A stretch of 64,000 bases of DNA from a plasmid. The notes beneath the pieces are model-generated. The model had not been told where the DNA came from. It did no database searches and worked only from the letters and a program-made list of their open reading frames with translations. The stretch is from assembly GCF_057098645.1 (NCBI RefSeq), contig NZ_JBXSPU010000002.1; one strand, 5' to 3'. Position numbers and translations under genes: made by a program. Shown in pieces: positions 32,601-42,355 of this stretch. How positions within the stretch are numbered: position 1 is the stretch's first letter; each line of letters begins with the position of its first letter.

Positions 32601-33728
32601 ATGACTTTCAATACTTCTAAACTTAATAAAGTTTCTGCAAAGGAAATCAGTGAAAACTTTATAAAAGCATATCCTGACTTGCAGGAAGGTGCTGTTATAA
32701 CAAAAATTGAAATTAGTGGGTGTCAGGGCTCTCGGCGAACTGATAAAATCGAACTGTCCTATGGCGGTGATGATATAACAGACCAGAAGAGCGTGTCTAA
32801 AAGCGAAGTTCGCTGGATAGACATAAAGGCACTGAGTTTCAAAAGCACTATCACTAGTCGAATTTCAACCCTTTGTTCACGGTTGTGCATCCGCTATAGC
32901 AATATGTGGATACTGCCAGTTGAAAGGATGGAGGAGTTTCTCGAAGAGGCACAAGAAATCGAACGTGAATTTCAAGCCGGTATCCAGAACGTGGTTGATA
33001 ACTATGACACTCATATTCAGGCTGAGAAAGATCGCAGTCCGTTGATGTCAGATTTAATTGACCAGTTGAAATTGACTAAAGATGATTTTGTTAAATCATT
33101 CCGGTTTAATCTGGCACATTTCATTCCGTTTTCACCGATTAGTGTGGAGGGGGATGAAACGCAGGACTTTTATCAAGAACAACTGATAACTGACTTGGCC
33201 GATGAAGCTATGAAGGTTTATACAAAAATCAGCAAAAATGATAATTTGCGTTCCAGCACGATTGACCGATTAAAGCAGATGCAGGATAAAATAATTAGCT
33301 TCATGTTCATTCATAAAGAGGCTGTTGTTCTTGCAGAAGCTATTAAGCATATCATGAATAATTTACCAAAAGGTGCCATTTCTTCTCCCCGTGATGTTGC
33401 GGTATTAAAGCAGTGGTTCTATTTCATGAGCGATGCGTCAATGCTGAAACGTATTATCTCCGGTGAACAAAAGGTAACCGACTGGCTGGATTCCATAACC
33501 CGGTCATTCAATATCGATTCACAGGTTACAGCGGCTAACTCTCTGAATACTGCTGAGGATGATGTTTTTTCTTCAGCAAATGTTTTCAGAGAAGACCCGG
33601 TTGAAGATCTTGAGAACAAGGCAGTGAATGCACCTGAGCCTGCTGTTGGCCCTGATGAAGATGTTTCTATTCAGGCCAGTGGTAGTAATAGAGCATTTGA
33701 CTGCGAACTCGAATTGACCGGTTGGTAA
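32601..33728 (+). CDS. hypothetical protein (375 aa) between the AAA+ and VWA genes
   Basis: ORF with good RBS; charged helical central region; no family recognised. Confidence 0.55.
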   Translation: MTFNTSKLNKVSAKEISENFIKAYPDLQEGAVITKIEISGCQGSRRTDKIELSYGGDDITDQKSVSKSEVRWIDIKALSFKSTITSRISTLCSRLCIRYSNMWILPVERMEEFLEEAQEIEREFQAGIQNVVDNYDTHIQAEKDRSPLMSDLIDQLKLTKDDFVKSFRFNLAHFIPFSPISVEGDETQDFYQEQLITDLADEAMKVYTKISKNDNLRSSTIDRLKQMQDKIISFMFIHKEAVVLAEAIKHIMNNLPKGAISSPRDVAVLKQWFYFMSDASMLKRIISGEQKVTDWLDSITRSFNIDSQVTAANSLNTAEDDVFSSANVFREDPVEDLENKAVNAPEPAVGPDEDVSIQASGSNRAFDCELELTGW

Positions 33729-33747
33729 TTTAGTCTTGTAAAAATAT

Positions 33748-33803
33748 CCCCAGATGGGTACTTCACCATCTGGGTGAGTACCCTTTATCAAATAAAGGTA
33801 CTC
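33748..33803 (+). promoter_or_regulatory. GC-rich inverted-repeat element (family member 2) plus RBS-proximal hairpin
   Basis: CCCCAGATGGGTACTTCACCATCTGGGTGAGTACCC followed by GAGTACCCTTTATCAAATAAAGGTACTC ending 3 nt before the ATG. Confidence 0.55.
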
Positions 33804-33805
33804 AA

Positions 33806-35818
33806 ATGAAATTTGATTTAAAATCTTCACCACGCCATATTCAACGCCTGACGAATATAGCCAGCGTGATAAGCGGTATAAATGGGATTTATGTAATTAT
33901 TGACAATAAGGTGAGTACACCTTATTTCAACACCCAAAACAATGTCTGTGTTTTACCTAACGGTGATTATAGCGATGAGAGATTTGTCAAGCTAATTGAA
34001 GGATTCATATGTCATGAAGCAGGACACGGTCGTTATACAGAGCATGAAGTATACCGTGAAGCTTTTGTTGGAGAATTGATCAATGCAGATGGCTTCATCA
34101 GTATTGATGATGACTTGAAGGCTGATTTTCAAAACCTAAAACAAAAGCAAAAAGCATATGCTCGTGCTTGTCGACTAAAAGGACTTATTAATCTTTTTGA
34201 TGATGTCCAGATGGAAGCGAAGACGGGTATTGATTATCAGGAGGCAAAAAAACGCCTCGCGGTGACTTATGCCTTGATGGTTGAAGCTGGGCGTATGACG
34301 GTTGATATTTCTTCAACCCCTCAAAACCCGGTTCAGTTTATTGAAATGTACCTGCTTAATACATTGCGGGTTAACGTTCTCCAACAAGAAGGGCATAAAG
34401 AAACGCTTGACCCATTTTTCGATTATGCAAAGAAAATCCTTGCACCTGTAACTTCAGAAGTCGATGAGATCATTCATCAAGCTCTAAGTTGCAAAAGTAC
34501 GCAAAATTGCGATTCTCTGGCGCGTAAAACTCTGGCTCTTTTAGAGCGTTTAAGGGATGAAGCAAAAGAGAAACAGCAAGAAGAGGAGCAGTCGAAAGAC
34601 CCGCATGACGATACAGATGAATCATCTGGCTCTGAGAATGAACCTGATACCGAACCCAATGGTGATAGCCAGGGTGAAGGGGATGGTGATAAAGAAGGTC
34701 AAGGCGATGATTCTGGTGATGGTAAGGCGCCTGCGGAAGGTAATGGGTTACCGGACCAATCCGGAGGGGATGAACAAAATGCTGAGAACTCTAACGGCGA
34801 ACCTGATGGTGAGTCTGAAGGTGATGAATCGGCGACCCCCGGCTCGGATGATGCTGACTCGACACCTTCCCTAAACGACAGTTCAAATGGAAATTCTTCT
34901 GATGGGGAAAGTAACTTTTCTCCTGAACAGTGGGATATGCTTGCCAAATTGCTGGATGATTTTTTAAACAGTGATGAGGAAAGCGAGGATTTTCATGAGG
35001 TTCTTGCAAAAGAGATCTCCGTAATTGCTGCCAGTGTGTCGGATGAGGTTAAAGCTGAATTTGGTGCAAGTGAGTGGGATGTTCCAGATTTGAACATTGA
35101 TCTGAATGTCTACAATGAAGCATTAAATATCAGCCAGACCCTTGGGGCAGATTTATCTGTTTTACAGCAGGTAAAAATGCGTGGTCAATTTAAAACCCGT
35201 GATAGAGGCTTGTCATTCGATATTAATCGACTGATCCAGTCTCCGATGGGTGTTAGGGATGTATTTCGGTCACAAAGCGAATCTAAAAACCGGGGCCACG
35301 TCGGCTTGGTCATTGTTCGTGATATTTCAGGTTCAATGAGTCTGGAACACCGTTATATCCATGCAATTAAGACTGACCTTGCATTAACTCTGGCAATTGA
35401 AGCTATTTCAAAAATGCATGTTGCTAATGTGATTTATCCGTTTGTAGACAAAGATTTTGAAGTTATCAAAACGTTTGATGAAAACGCGGAAGAGAAACTT
35501 TCAAAATTCTCACTTGGCTGCAAGGGCAATAATACCCCAACGGGTTCTGCATTAAATGCTGCTTTAGAGTTGTTACTTGAAAGCCAGTTTGACAGGAAAA
35601 TTGTTTTCCTTATTACTGATGGTTATCCGACTGAGTCGGCTTACACCATTAATGATGTTTTTTCAGTTGCTGAAAGTAACGGCATTGAAATCGCTGGTGT
35701 TGGTATTAAAACTGATGTGTTGATGGGTTTTAATGAGGGCACCTTCGTAAATGTTGATGATATTTCTTTATTGCCGAATGAGGTCAGTAAATTAGTACAT
35801 CAAATTCTATCTAATTAA
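33806..35818 (+). CDS. von Willebrand factor A (VWA) domain protein with long acidic low-complexity linker (CobT-like architecture)
   Basis: C-terminal VWA/MIDAS-like motifs (LVIVRDISGSMS, FLITDGYPT); ~120-aa D/E/G/S-rich segment; adjacent to the AAA+ gene. Confidence 0.7.
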   Translation: MKFDLKSSPRHIQRLTNIASVISGINGIYVIIDNKVSTPYFNTQNNVCVLPNGDYSDERFVKLIEGFICHEAGHGRYTEHEVYREAFVGELINADGFISIDDDLKADFQNLKQKQKAYARACRLKGLINLFDDVQMEAKTGIDYQEAKKRLAVTYALMVEAGRMTVDISSTPQNPVQFIEMYLLNTLRVNVLQQEGHKETLDPFFDYAKKILAPVTSEVDEIIHQALSCKSTQNCDSLARKTLALLERLRDEAKEKQQEEEQSKDPHDDTDESSGSENEPDTEPNGDSQGEGDGDKEGQGDDSGDGKAPAEGNGLPDQSGGDEQNAENSNGEPDGESEGDESATPGSDDADSTPSLNDSSNGNSSDGESNFSPEQWDMLAKLLDDFLNSDEESEDFHEVLAKEISVIAASVSDEVKAEFGASEWDVPDLNIDLNVYNEALNISQTLGADLSVLQQVKMRGQFKTRDRGLSFDINRLIQSPMGVRDVFRSQSESKNRGHVGLVIVRDISGSMSLEHRYIHAIKTDLALTLAIEAISKMHVANVIYPFVDKDFEVIKTFDENAEEKLSKFSLGCKGNNTPTGSALNAALELLLESQFDRKIVFLITDGYPTESAYTINDVFSVAESNGIEIAGVGIKTDVLMGFNEGTFVNVDDISLLPNEVSKLVHQILSN

Positions 35819-35824
35819 ACTCTA

Positions 35825-35868
35825 CCCAATCGGGGCAAAACGACGCCCGGTTGGGTCGCTTTGCTCCC
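35825..35868 (+). promoter_or_regulatory. GC-rich inverted-repeat element (family member 3)
   Basis: CCCAATCGGGGCAAAACGACGCCCGGTTGGGTCGCTTTGCTCCC; TTGCTCC pairs with the GGAGCAA of the downstream RBS. Confidence 0.5.
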
Positions 35869-35889
35869 TGAAGGATTAAGGAGCAATAT

Positions 35890-36111
35890 ATGACTCAGAT
35901 AAAGACTTACCGTGTCGAGTATGAAAAAGTCGGGACGATGCATCGTGTCCGTATTTTTGGTCGCATGGGTGAAATTGTCAAAAGTGAATTGCCAGAAGAA
36001 AGAATTCTCCGGGATGTATCTATACCAGAGGGTAATGGAGAAATGGCAACGTCAATGGTTGATGGTTTTATCCAGCGTCTTGAAAATATCGGCTTCAAGA
36101 CTGAAGCGTAA
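35890..36111 (+). CDS. hypothetical small protein (73 aa)
   Basis: ORF with AAGGAG RBS. Confidence 0.45.
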   Translation: MTQIKTYRVEYEKVGTMHRVRIFGRMGEIVKSELPEERILRDVSIPEGNGEMATSMVDGFIQRLENIGFKTEA

Positions 36112-36116
36112 TTGTT

Positions 36117-36203
36117 GAGGGCTCTTGTGGGCCCTCATTCTTAGATTCTGCGTTGTGGGTTTCTCCCTGTTTTCTGCATCGCAGAGGGCATTGAGAAACC
36201 CAC
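36117..36203 (+). promoter_or_regulatory. pair of inverted repeats upstream of the toprim gene
   Basis: GAGGGCTCTTGTGGGCCCTC and GTGGGTTTCTC...GAGAAACCCAC ending at the start codon. Confidence 0.5.
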
Positions 36204-36204
36204 A

Positions 36205-37458
36205 ATGCCAGATAAGAGAGAACAAATGACTTATGCATCCCAGGCTGTTAAGCGTACACCACATGAAGTCACTGACCACTTTATAAAAATGGTTCACGCT
36301 CGTATAGCGGAAGTATCAGGCTGGCGCTATGTATTCGATAGAATACCGGCATTTAAAGACGCTTGTGATAAAGCACCTGGCCAGGTTCCTTGCCCATTTA
36401 GTGGGGTCGGGAAATCAAAGTTCCGGTTCCGTAAAAAGGACCTCTTTACCGGTTGTGCCATTCACAATGATTTTCCAGTGAATGCATTTTGTGACGGTAT
36501 TGATGTATTGGCAGAGTACTACAAGCTGAGCAAGACCCAGACTTGTAAGAAGATCCTGACTGATTTCTTTGGGATGGATTTGTACGCTCCATTAACTGAT
36601 GCGGATCTCGAAAGTGAACGTCGTTATAAATCAACAGTTCGTGCAACCGAAACGCTTGACAGCGATGAAGTTGAAAAACGAGGGCGTAAACTTGAAGTGA
36701 TATATCACTATACCGGTGAAATCAAACCTGAGAGCCCTGTGTGGGTGTATCTCCGAAATCGAGGTCTTAATCGAGTTCTGAGCAACCTTCCCAAGGATTT
36801 AGGTCTGAACAAACGACTTTACTACATGGATAAGTCACTGGAAAAACCCACGATTTACCCGGGAATGATCGCAATTTATCGCGATACCCGTGGGCGTCCT
36901 CTGACAATCCACAGAACGTTCGTCGAGTTAAATGGTGATAAGGCACATGTTGAGAATCCGAAACTGATGATGAAACCGCCTGCCGATATGACTGGCGGCT
37001 CAATTCAGCTGTACGATCCACACTTCAATCCAGGTACCCGTACCTGGACGTTAGGTGTGGCTGAAGGCATAGAAAACGCGCTGTCAGTTACTGAAGCGAC
37101 TTCAACACCGTGCTGGGCCGCGAGCTCTGCCTGGTGCCTTGAAAACGTTGAAGTGCCGGATAGTCTCCTGCCTCCCCCTGGTGTGAAAGTAATACAGTTT
37201 TACATCTGGGCGGATAAGGATCTTGTGAATACAAAAGGCACTTCCCCGGGAATGGAGTCAGCTAAACGACTTCAGGAACGTATGAAAGAGTTTTTTGCAA
37301 AGCGATATCCCACTTCAGAGCTGACAATTAAAGTCTTTGAACCTGATTTCGATATTCCTGTAGGGAAGAAAGGAGTCGACTGGAACGATGTACTAAAATT
37401 AACAGGACCGGATGGATTCCCCGTAAAATGGGCTCCTGAATGTCTTGCTCAGCTTTAA
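36205..37458 (+). CDS. toprim-domain protein with N-terminal Cys/His-rich region (primase- or OLD-nuclease-like fold)
   Basis: toprim-like motifs LGVAEGIENALS (E) and IWADKD (DxD); N-terminal CPFSG...GCAIH...FCDG. Confidence 0.55.
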   Translation: MPDKREQMTYASQAVKRTPHEVTDHFIKMVHARIAEVSGWRYVFDRIPAFKDACDKAPGQVPCPFSGVGKSKFRFRKKDLFTGCAIHNDFPVNAFCDGIDVLAEYYKLSKTQTCKKILTDFFGMDLYAPLTDADLESERRYKSTVRATETLDSDEVEKRGRKLEVIYHYTGEIKPESPVWVYLRNRGLNRVLSNLPKDLGLNKRLYYMDKSLEKPTIYPGMIAIYRDTRGRPLTIHRTFVELNGDKAHVENPKLMMKPPADMTGGSIQLYDPHFNPGTRTWTLGVAEGIENALSVTEATSTPCWAASSAWCLENVEVPDSLLPPPGVKVIQFYIWADKDLVNTKGTSPGMESAKRLQERMKEFFAKRYPTSELTIKVFEPDFDIPVGKKGVDWNDVLKLTGPDGFPVKWAPECLAQL

Positions 37459-37460
37459 AT

Positions 37461-37500
37461 CCGATAACTCCCCCGCCTTTTCAGGCCGGGGTGGGTTATC
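37461..37500 (+). promoter_or_regulatory. inverted repeat downstream of toprim gene (possible terminator or processing hairpin)
   Basis: CCGATAACTCCCCCGCC...GGCCGGGGTGGGTTATC followed by T-rich sequence. Confidence 0.4.
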
Positions 37501-37732
37501 TCTTTAGTGTTTATTTACGTTAAATCCTAAACAGATAATCCGATTTCCTTCGTGAAAATCACCTGTTATTCAGGTTTTTTTTACGGCTGAGATGCTTGCT
37601 CAGTTTAATAAATGTGCGATACATCTGGCTACGGTCGGTTGTATGACATGGTATATCCATAAAACTTAAAACCCCTGACGGGAGTATTACCGTTAGGGTG
37701 ATGCTCATCGTTAAATATCGGAGAGCATTGTT

Positions 37733-38257
37733 ATGAATATTGAAAATCAAGATTTATTTAATACGTTCGCTGCTGTGATTTCATCTCATATCGTTGAGCA
37801 ACCATCTTCGTGTTATTACCTTCATGATAATGAAATTGACTTCACGATTTTAAAACACAGCATAATAGATAAAGACAAAAACCTGTTGTACGTTATTCGT
37901 CCTTCAGGAACCTGTTTGTTGCGTTGTGATAAATACTTCTTTCCGAATTACTATCTTACAAGTCGTGGAGATTATAAAGCATTTAAGTATGTGCATTTTA
38001 ATCTTGCAACACGAGAAGCGGAAGAAATCACCTGGCAGCAAGCTTTTGAAATTTTGTCCAAGCCGGGAAGACCTCCATTAAGAGGTTCACTTGGTAAATT
38101 TGATTATTTAAAACTTGTTATTGATGATCTTCGTGCGCGAGGGTATGCCGATTTCCTTCCAGCATACAACCTTGATGGCCTTCGTCACTTTGCAGTAAAG
38201 GATGAGCGACCATCACTTGTCAGTTATATCGACAATGTCATGGCACTTTGCGCATAA
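37733..38257 (+). CDS. hypothetical protein (174 aa)
   Basis: ORF with RBS; no family recognised. Confidence 0.45.
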   Translation: MNIENQDLFNTFAAVISSHIVEQPSSCYYLHDNEIDFTILKHSIIDKDKNLLYVIRPSGTCLLRCDKYFFPNYYLTSRGDYKAFKYVHFNLATREAEEITWQQAFEILSKPGRPPLRGSLGKFDYLKLVIDDLRARGYADFLPAYNLDGLRHFAVKDERPSLVSYIDNVMALCA

Positions 38258-38281
38258 AGATAACACATATTTTTACTACAT

Positions 38282-38317
38282 CCCTGATGGCACCTCCCAT
38301 CGGGGTGGCCCTCAGAG
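38282..38317 (+). promoter_or_regulatory. GC-rich inverted-repeat element (family member) interrupted by IS903B
   Basis: CCCTGATGGCACCTCCCATCGGGGTGGCCCTCAGAG; the last 9 bp are the IS903B target duplication, repeated at 39375-39383. Confidence 0.55.
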
Positions 38318-39374
38318 GGCTTTGTTGAATAAATCAGATTTCGGGTAAGTCTCCCCCGTAGCGGGTTGTGTTTTCAGGCAATACGCACGCTTTCAGGCAT
38401 ACCTGCTTTCGTCATTTTGTTCAGCGCTCGTACCAGGGCCATAGCCTCCGCAACCTGACCATCGTAGTCACGCAGCGTCAGTGAACCCCCGAACAGCTGT
38501 TTTACCCGGTACATCGCCGTTTCCGCTATCGAGCGACGGTTGTAATCTGTTGTCCATTTCCACCGCGCATTACTCCCGGTCATTCGCTGATTAGCCACTG
38601 CACGGTTACGGTCTGCATATTCACCGGGCCAGTAGCCCGCACCTTTTCGGGGAGGGATAAGCGCGCTGATTTTCTTACGCCGCAGTTCATCGTGACATAG
38701 CCGGGTATCGTAAGCGCCATCGGCGGCGGCTGACCTGATTTTCCGGTGGGTTTGCCGGATTAACCCGGGGAAGGCCTCTGAGTCCGTAACGTTGTTCAGC
38801 GACAGGTCTGCACAGATGATTTCATGTGTTTTACTGTCAACGGCGAGATGCAGCTTACGCCAGATACGGCGGCGTTCCTGGCCATGCTTTTTGACTTTCC
38901 ACTCGCCTTCACCGAAGACCTTCAGCCCGGTGGAATCAATCACCAGATGTGCGATTTCACCCCGGGTGGGCGTTTTGAAACTGACATTAACCGACTTTGC
39001 CCGCCTGCTGACACAGCTGTAATCCGGGCAGCGTAGCGGAACGTTCATCAGAGAAAAAATGGAATCAATAAAGCCCTGCGCAGCGCGCAGGGTCAGCCTG
39101 AATACGCGTTTAATGACCAGCACAGTCGTGATGGCAAGGTCAGAATAGCGCTGAGGTCTGCCTCGTGAAGAAGGTGTTGCTGACTCATACCAGGCCTGAA
39201 TAGCTTCATCATCCAGCCAGAAAGTTATGGAGCCACGGTTGATGAGGGCTTTATTGTAGGTGGGCCAGTTGGTGATTTTGAACTTTTGCTTTGCCACGGA
39301 ACGGTCTGCGTTGTCGGGAAGATGCGTGATCTGATCCTTCAACTCAGCAAAAGTTCGATTTATTCAACAAAGCC
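38318..39374 (-). mobile_element. IS903B-like element (1057 bp), copy 2
   Basis: identical transposase ORF (38374..39342) and IRs as copy 1; flanked by 9-bp direct repeat CCCTCAGAG. Confidence 0.9.
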
Positions 39375-39400
39375 CCCTCAGAGTTGAATCTGGAGGTCTT

Positions 39401-40279
39401 ATGAAATTAGCTACAGATCTGGTCAATGCGGTTCTGATAAAGAATGGCATTGTACCAACTTCCATTAATGAGTTGCCTGTAACGTCGCTGGTAAAGCCAT
39501 TGACACAAGTGCATCTCAGCCTGTATCTGAAAACAACGCATTTATCTCAGTTCGTCCCTGACTACGTTGAGTCTCTGAAAGATTGTCCGGTTTCGTATGA
39601 TATCGGCCTTGAACTTCAGCAGTGTATCAACAGTGCTGAATTGCTCTGTGAAGACATGGAGTCACTTGAGTTTATCTCTGTATGGATAGAGCTCTATACG
39701 TGTAATTCAAAGCAACAGCGGTTTGAGAAAAGTAACTTTTCTTTTCGAACTGAAGATATCGAGCTGGCTAAGATGCTGTCTTGCTCGCATGAAATCTTAA
39801 TAAGTCAGGCGGCTTGTTTCTGGCTTTTGTATTTTGAAGATTTCATGAAATATGTTCGTAATAGGCTCTGTGCATTACTCAGACAGGTTTTAATTTTGAT
39901 TGCAGGACTGCGAAATGTATACCTGCAACGGAATGAAGATCAGTTGATTAAGAGAGTTAAGCACGGGAATGAAATGCTGGAGGTGACTCTTAAAGCTGTT
40001 GCACTATGTTCAATAGAAAGGTATCTGAAATCATATGCCTCTTTACGAACAGAAGCGGCGGCTTCTGGGTTTATCAAATGCATTCAGTCTTATATCAGTA
40101 CTGGTTGGAGACATGGCTATATAGTCTGTCAATATTCAAAAAATGGACGGTCTCTTGGTAAGTCATTACCACTTTTTATAAAAGAGACATCTGAGCATAA
40201 TATACAGAAACGTGTCAATCGCCTTATATCTTCCACGATTTCGGGGCGAAATAAAGATTTAGGTCTTTACGATTTCTGA
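39401..40279 (+). CDS. hypothetical protein, tandem paralog family member 1 (292 aa)
   Basis: shares N-terminal h-x-x-A-h-L motif (LVNAVL) with the four downstream ORFs. Confidence 0.55.
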   Translation: MKLATDLVNAVLIKNGIVPTSINELPVTSLVKPLTQVHLSLYLKTTHLSQFVPDYVESLKDCPVSYDIGLELQQCINSAELLCEDMESLEFISVWIELYTCNSKQQRFEKSNFSFRTEDIELAKMLSCSHEILISQAACFWLLYFEDFMKYVRNRLCALLRQVLILIAGLRNVYLQRNEDQLIKRVKHGNEMLEVTLKAVALCSIERYLKSYASLRTEAAASGFIKCIQSYISTGWRHGYIVCQYSKNGRSLGKSLPLFIKETSEHNIQKRVNRLISSTISGRNKDLGLYDF

Positions 40280-40288
40280 TTAACATTA

Positions 40289-40325
40289 CCCATCCGGGGA
40301 TTACATCCCTGATGGGTGTAATCCC
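40289..40325 (+). promoter_or_regulatory. GC-rich hairpin element (family member)
   Basis: CCCATCCGGGGATTACATCCCTGATGGGTGTAATCCC: stem GGGGATTACATCCC/GGGTGTAATCCC, loop TGAT; GTAATCC also pairs with the downstream GGATTAC at the RBS/start. Confidence 0.6.
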
Positions 40326-40349
40326 ATTTTTTATTTAAGTGAGGATTAC

Positions 40350-41285
40350 ATGAAAATTATTGAGAAAATCATTAATGCATTTCTGATATCGCGTAAACAT
40401 TCAGTGAAGGTCAGTAATGTTATCTGCTTGAGTGGCACCGACGGTAAATTTACTGGAATATGCTGTGACGCCGATGTTTCATTTGATTTTCTTTATTCGT
40501 ATGCCCCCGCATACAGTTCAACATTTTTAGATATCCCGTTTCCTGGGTTTGAAGACCAGGACATCGCGGATTGTGTTAAATGTCAGTTAGATGTAGTTAA
40601 AAATAAACGGAATCGGTCTTTTTTAATTGACCATATTAGATTTCCAGTTTCCTCAAGGGAAGGATTCACTCTGACACGCGGTGATAGTTACGACGTGACT
40701 GAATGTGAATATAATAAGGAACGATTGCTACATCTGACCCGACAAGGACGTTTTTGTGAAGACTATCTCACGTTCAAGGATGGCCTGAGTTCCTTCTTTT
40801 CATTTGTGAATTTCGAATTACATGAAATAGTGAAGGAAGGTATACGTTTGGCACTTGATGTTTTAAACAAGATTACATCTGATCAACCAGACCGTCTTAT
40901 AAAAGACTTTAAGTATCATGATTGCTTCGGCAGTTATAATGTACAAATATTTTCTAAGGGTCTGCCAGTTGATATCCTTGAAACGATGATTGCACCTGAT
41001 AGGTTGTTGTCTAACTTGTCAGGTAGTCGTCAGATTATGAAAAATGCAAGTCGCTATCTTAAAGGCTTTGCCCTCAGTAATCGTGTTTACATGAAATACG
41101 GATGGCGTTTAGCAGATGTTGACACATCTGACTATGCGAAAGTTATGTCAGATAGAGAAATGCATGCCAGAGATGATCTTAAGGCGTTTTGCAGTGTCTT
41201 TTTTAAAGAGTGTTTCGCATCCGGAAAATATGAATACGAAGCATACCTGAGTGAAAGACAACACGCGATTCGTAACGGGTATTAA
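40350..41285 (+). CDS. hypothetical protein, tandem paralog family member 2 (311 aa)
   Basis: N-terminal IINAFL motif; size and position as other members. Confidence 0.55.
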   Translation: MKIIEKIINAFLISRKHSVKVSNVICLSGTDGKFTGICCDADVSFDFLYSYAPAYSSTFLDIPFPGFEDQDIADCVKCQLDVVKNKRNRSFLIDHIRFPVSSREGFTLTRGDSYDVTECEYNKERLLHLTRQGRFCEDYLTFKDGLSSFFSFVNFELHEIVKEGIRLALDVLNKITSDQPDRLIKDFKYHDCFGSYNVQIFSKGLPVDILETMIAPDRLLSNLSGSRQIMKNASRYLKGFALSNRVYMKYGWRLADVDTSDYAKVMSDREMHARDDLKAFCSVFFKECFASGKYEYEAYLSERQHAIRNGY

Positions 41286-41308
41286 TACTTATTATCAACT
41301 TATCTAAT

Positions 41309-41342
41309 CCCTGAGGGAATTCTTCCCTTGGGGAGGATTCCC
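41309..41342 (+). promoter_or_regulatory. GC-rich hairpin element (family member)
   Basis: CCCTGAGGGAATTCTTCCCTTGGGGAGGATTCCC; full stem pairing needs G-U wobble pairs, so an RNA-level structure is suggested. Confidence 0.6.
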
Positions 41343-41362
41343 TCTTAACCGAGGGCTACAAA

Positions 41363-42283
41363 ATGAAAGCGATTTATAAAATAATTGAAGCGATGCTGGT
41401 GAAAATGGGCTTTGAAGGTGCCGTGATCCAAAGTGTCAATCTGGAAACGGGTGTGATTCAGAGTCTAGTTGTTAAGGCTGATATTCCTGTCCGGACTTTA
41501 ATGCCGCATTTAAGGCGATATCTGCGCGATTGTGAGCCTTTATGGGGACATGACGTGGATTACCACCCTATAGCACAATATTGCTCAGGAGCTGCGTTGT
41601 TGAAGGCTGGGCCGGTCACTCTTGAAACCTTTCGGTTTGAGGTTTCAGTGTCAACTGCTCACCTGCGGCTTGTGGATGTTGAGCCGGACTGTCTAAATGA
41701 GGGTGTGAACCGTGAAAAACTGGAGTATGTATATTACCGCTCCAGCAATGCAGACAAGGATCTAATACTTGGTATGGTTGAAAAAGGACATAATTTTATC
41801 AACCATCTGCATGAACTTTTACGCTCGCGCTTATCAACGGCTTTGCCGCTGATTTTCGCAGTTACAGAAAAGATTGCGGAGAGTTCAGTTCCACAAGTAA
41901 TCACCAGCTTTTTCAGTGTTGACCATCAAATCAATGCCCAGATAGTAGTCGAACCTGTACCCGTTTCAGTCGCAGACCAGATAATTTCTGCTGACTGGAA
42001 TGTGTGTAGTGTTTCAGGAGCGGATAAGTTCCTGAACCATGTTAATCGTTATCTGTCGGGTAGGGTGATGAAGCGGCGTATTTACGCTGTTATAGAAGCT
42101 TGCGACGGTGGATCTTTATCCCTCAATGCGAACTTAGGTTGCTTTACATCACCTCTTCTCGTAACTGAGTATAAAATGGTTCAGTCACACTCTTCATCGC
42201 TTTATCGAAAGGCTATAAATAACTCGCTTAAGCAAGTTAATTCGTATGCTCCAGAGCATTCAGATGACCTGCTTTCTATGTAA
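41363..42283 (+). CDS. hypothetical protein, tandem paralog family member 3 (306 aa)
   Basis: N-terminal IIEAML motif. Confidence 0.55.
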   Translation: MKAIYKIIEAMLVKMGFEGAVIQSVNLETGVIQSLVVKADIPVRTLMPHLRRYLRDCEPLWGHDVDYHPIAQYCSGAALLKAGPVTLETFRFEVSVSTAHLRLVDVEPDCLNEGVNREKLEYVYYRSSNADKDLILGMVEKGHNFINHLHELLRSRLSTALPLIFAVTEKIAESSVPQVITSFFSVDHQINAQIVVEPVPVSVADQIISADWNVCSVSGADKFLNHVNRYLSGRVMKRRIYAVIEACDGGSLSLNANLGCFTSPLLVTEYKMVQSHSSSLYRKAINNSLKQVNSYAPEHSDDLLSM

Positions 42284-42292
42284 TTAATTTTA

Positions 42293-42330
42293 CCCATTGG
42301 GGAAGCGTATTCCCCGTGGGGGTTGCTTCC
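42293..42330 (+). promoter_or_regulatory. GC-rich hairpin element (family member)
   Basis: CCCATTGGGGAAGCGTATTCCCCGTGGGGGTTGCTTCC; CTTCCT can pair with the AGGAAG RBS 12 nt downstream. Confidence 0.6.
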
Positions 42331-42355
42331 TTTCTTCATTAAAGAGGAAGTGAAT

